From the NCBI GenBank assembly GCA_014380605.1, contig JACMJO010000074.1, positions 1 through 33,429 of the forward strand: a DNA stretch of 33,429 nt. The letters run 5' to 3'. This document shows, piece after piece, positions 30,996 through 33,429 of the stretch (positions within the stretch are counted from its first letter, which is position 1; every line of letters begins with the position of its first letter). The stretch comes from Fimbriimonadaceae bacterium (lineage in GTDB: Bacteria > Armatimonadota > Fimbriimonadia > Fimbriimonadales > Fimbriimonadaceae). A program made the translations under genes and the position numbers. Below the pieces are notes generated by a model. That model made no database searches. It had not been told where the DNA came from and saw only the letters and a list, made by a program, of their open reading frames with translations.

Positions 30996-31913
30996 GTGGC
31001 AGCAGTAGTTCCCGAAGTGGTGGTGATCGGCAGTGCAAACATGGACCTGGTGACCCGGGCTCCGCGCTTCCCTTTGCCCGGGGAAACCGTTTTGGGGAGC
31101 AAGTTCACCACGTTTACGGGCGGTAAGGGAGCTAACCAGGCCTGCGCGATCGCTAAGCTCGGAGGAAGGCCAAGATTCATCGGCAAGGTTGGTAACGACT
31201 CGTTTGGCTTGCAGATCATCAGTAGCCTGAGACAGATTGGGGTGGACACCGCTAACGTGTTCGCCGAGCAGGACTTGGTTACAGGGACCGCTATGATCAC
31301 GGTAACGGACTCGGGCGAGAATACGATCGTCGTTGCGGGCGGGGCCAATGCCAGGGTCGATCCCGACTTTGTCAACGAGAGGCTTTCCAAGTTCGAGTTC
31401 AACACCGTCCTCATGCAACTTGAAACCCCGGTATCGACGGTTCAGGAGATTATTCGGAAGAAGAAGCTGGCCATTCTGAACCCAGCGCCAGCATCGGACC
31501 TCCCCGACGAGATCTATCACGGCCTTGATTGGATCACGCCTAATGAAACGGAGACGCATCGCCTTACCGGAGTTCGCCCGATAGACACTGAAAGCTGTCG
31601 GAAGGCAGCAGCTTGGTTCCTGCAACATGGCGTTAAGAACGTGGTGATTACTTTGGGGGCAAAGGGCTCGTTCCTCGTTAACAGCCAGATCGAGATTCAC
31701 TGCCCCACCATCGAAGTCAAAACCATCGACACTACTGCGGCAGGAGACGCCTTCAACGGTGCGTTGGCCCAGTTTCTCAATGAGGGCAGAGATGGGCAAA
31801 ATGCCGTCATGCTGGCCAATCGAGCGGGGGCTTTGGCGACCACGAAGTTGGGGGCTCAGGCGAGCTTGCCCAGCCGAGACGAACTACGCGCGGTTTCCTC
31901 GGGCTTATTCTGA
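30996..31913 (+). CDS. rbsK: ribokinase
   Basis: VVVIGSANMDLV...GETVLG..FTTFTGGKGANQACAIAKLG...NPAP...TPNETE...DTTAAGDAFNGALA are the PfkB/ribokinase signature motifs. GTG start; 305 aa. Confidence 0.9.
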   Translation: MAAVVPEVVVIGSANMDLVTRAPRFPLPGETVLGSKFTTFTGGKGANQACAIAKLGGRPRFIGKVGNDSFGLQIISSLRQIGVDTANVFAEQDLVTGTAMITVTDSGENTIVVAGGANARVDPDFVNERLSKFEFNTVLMQLETPVSTVQEIIRKKKLAILNPAPASDLPDEIYHGLDWITPNETETHRLTGVRPIDTESCRKAAAWFLQHGVKNVVITLGAKGSFLVNSQIEIHCPTIEVKTIDTTAAGDAFNGALAQFLNEGRDGQNAVMLANRAGALATTKLGAQASLPSRDELRAVSSGLF

Positions 31914-32606
31914 AGGGATGGTTGGGGATTGATGGGACTTGGCTAGTTGCTCCATCCTGCCCGTAACCATAAATGAGACTCGCTCGGCGATGTTGACGGC
32001 GTGATCCGCAATCCGCTCGACATGATGGATGGCGAGCAATAACCAACTTGTAACGACGACATCCTCGGGATGGGACTTCATTCTCTCGTGGAGTTGGTCG
32101 CGCAACTGCCGATACAGATCGTCAACCTCGTCATCGTTTTCGATGACCTTTTGGACCAGTTCCAAATCGCGGCGCACATAGGCTTCCATCGAGTCCCTCA
32201 GCATGGCTCTTGCGACAGATGCCATCTTGGGGATGTCGATAGCGTCGGTGGTCCCAAGTTCCTTCTCGATCTTCATCGCGATCTTGGCGATGTCCACGGA
32301 CAGATCGCCTACGCGCTCGATATCGGTGATCATTTTCATCGCGGTGCCGATGACGCGCAGGTCGCTTGCCATCGGTTGCTGAAGTGCCAGAAGCCTAAGG
32401 CATCGGTTTTCGATTGCCAATTCTCGCTCGTCGATCTCGTCGTCTCGATGGACGACTTGAAGGGCGAGCATCGAGTCGACCCTGGCGATCGCCTCGACAG
32501 CTTGGGCGAGCATTGATTCGGCCCGACTTCCCATTTCCAGAAGGTCGTGCTCGAGTTCGCGAATTTCACTCGCAAAGGCCTGTCGATGATGGCTGCCTGA
32601 TTCCAT
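31905..32606 (-). CDS. phoU: phosphate signaling complex protein PhoU
   Basis: It has the two-repeat PhoU pattern: DDEIDERELAIENRCLRLLALQQPMASDLRVIGTAMKMITDIERVGDLSVDIAKIA and DDEVDDLYRQLRDQL...LLLAIHHVERIADHAVNIAE. Start re-called to the ATG at 32606 (MESGSHHRQAF); the ORF track starts at TTG 32630. Confidence 0.9.
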   Translation of the reverse strand: MESGSHHRQAFASEIRELEHDLLEMGSRAESMLAQAVEAIARVDSMLALQVVHRDDEIDERELAIENRCLRLLALQQPMASDLRVIGTAMKMITDIERVGDLSVDIAKIAMKIEKELGTTDAIDIPKMASVARAMLRDSMEAYVRRDLELVQKVIENDDEVDDLYRQLRDQLHERMKSHPEDVVVTSWLLLAIHHVERIADHAVNIAERVSFMVTGRMEQLAKSHQSPTIPSE

Positions 32607-32613
32607 GGCAATG

Positions 32614-33429
32614 TTAAGACGTTTGAGCAACCGCTTCTAGTTGCACCACTCCGTGTGGATAGTGACAATAGTAGATTCTGCCCTGGTCTTCACTGGCTCC
32701 AGGATCGACTTTTAGACAGTGCTCCTGGGCGCGGATGCAACGACCCGCATACCGGCATCCGACAAACTTTGTATGCGGGTCAGGGATTTCACCGGGAGGG
32801 GCGTCTGGCAATTGAAGTAGCTTGGTGATATCAGGAGCCGAATCAAGCAGAGCCTTGGTATATGGATGCCTGGGATCGTTGAAAATCTGCTCAGTTGGCC
32901 CCATCTCGACGATCCGCCCGAAGTACATCACGGCCACTCGATCAGCCAAGTATCTCACGGTCGTCAGATCATGGGATATGTACAGAAATGAACTGCCCAG
33001 CGACTTTTGAAGGTCCGTAAGCAGGTTCAAAATTTGGGCGCGAATACTGAGGTCGAGTGCAGCGGTAGGTTCGTCGCAGATCACCAACGGCGGCTTTAAG
33101 GCGAGAGCTCGGCCAATTGCCACGCGCTGTCGCTGGCCCCCGCTCAACTGGTGCGGGTACCGGTCTCTGAGGCTTGGGTCAAGCCCGACTTCATTGAAAA
33201 TTTCAACGACGTCCCGCTTCTTGCCAACCAGATTTAGCGGTTCCTGAATGGACCTGGAAACCGTCCACTTTGGGTCGAGGCTTGCGTAGGGATCTTGCCA
33301 AACCATTCCAACCCTTTCAACGACCCCTTTAGGAGTTCCCTTCACTTCGTGGCCGAGGAGATCGATCCGCCCACCAACCATGGGTTGCAAGCCGAGGACG
33401 CACCGAGCAAGCGTGGTTTTTCCGCAACC
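32614..33429 (-). CDS. oligopeptide/dipeptide-type ABC transporter ATP-binding protein (OppF/DppF-like), 5' end beyond window
   Basis: The reading frame stays open to the window end, where it encodes the Walker A remnant GCGKTTLARCVLGLQP. Further motifs: WQDPYASLDP, signature LSGGQRQRVAIGRAL, Walker B LVICDEPTAALD, and the C-terminal oligopeptide-type domain DPRHPYTKALLDSAP, followed by a 4-Cys cluster. Confidence 0.85.
   Translation of the reverse strand, partial: GCGKTTLARCVLGLQPMVGGRIDLLGHEVKGTPKGVVERVGMVWQDPYASLDPKWTVSRSIQEPLNLVGKKRDVVEIFNEVGLDPSLRDRYPHQLSGGQRQRVAIGRALALKPPLVICDEPTAALDLSIRAQILNLLTDLQKSLGSSFLYISHDLTTVRYLADRVAVMYFGRIVEMGPTEQIFNDPRHPYTKALLDSAPDITKLLQLPDAPPGEIPDPHTKFVGCRYAGRCIRAQEHCLKVDPGASEDQGRIYYCHYPHGVVQLEAVAQTS

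Noticed and set aside
1-33429. Search for CRISPR arrays, IS elements, integrases, phage genes or known defence-system components
   Set aside because: I found no repeat-spacer periodicity, no transposase/integrase/recombinase-like ORFs, and no nuclease/helicase/ATPase gene clusters of defence type. The window reads as core chromosome plus a metal-efflux operon and a glycan-export cluster.

Overview
This is a 33.4-kb, densely coding chromosomal segment with about 28 CDS. I found no rRNA, tRNA, CRISPR array, transposase or integrase. The host looks like a diderm, LPS-making bacterium (kdsB, an OstA/LptD-like barrel, a Wzm/Wzt-type glycan ABC exporter) that also carries RqcH, so it is probably not a classical proteobacterium; I cannot assign a taxon. 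Background GC is roughly in the high 50s % by hand counts. Gene order: glycogen debranching enzyme (partial, -), LptD-like (-), then a + strand string of ECF sigma, zinc-finger anti-sigma, a 516-aa membrane protein and GlnD. Next come a 927-aa orphan coiled-coil protein (-), RqcH (-), GNAT (+) and a DUF4139-like protein (+). A minus-strand run follows: kdsB, rel, dtd, pepF. After a 470-nt non-coding gap comes a + strand operon of a Cys-rich secreted protein plus CzcC/CzcB/CzcA-type heavy-metal RND efflux. The rest is greA and a lipoprotein (-), a GT2 glycosyltransferase (+), an FKBP-like protein, wzm and wzt (-), rbsK (+), phoU (-) and an Opp/Dpp-type ABC ATPase (partial, -). Most of this is housekeeping, and nothing resembles a known defence or mobile system. 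The parts I cannot explain with standard features are: (1) the 470-nt gap upstream of the metal-efflux operon, which holds a cytosine-depleted, TGA-phased 8-9-nt repeat tract full of GGAGG / GGAGGTGAT motifs plus tandem ~32-nt repeats; (2) the 9-Cys secreted protein heading the czc-like operon; (3) the translationally coupled ECF sigma, anti-sigma, membrane protein and GlnD string; (4) the lower-GC 927-aa orphan protein. All functional calls rest on motif recognition by eye, with no database search, and several start codons are my own re-calls relative to the ORF track.
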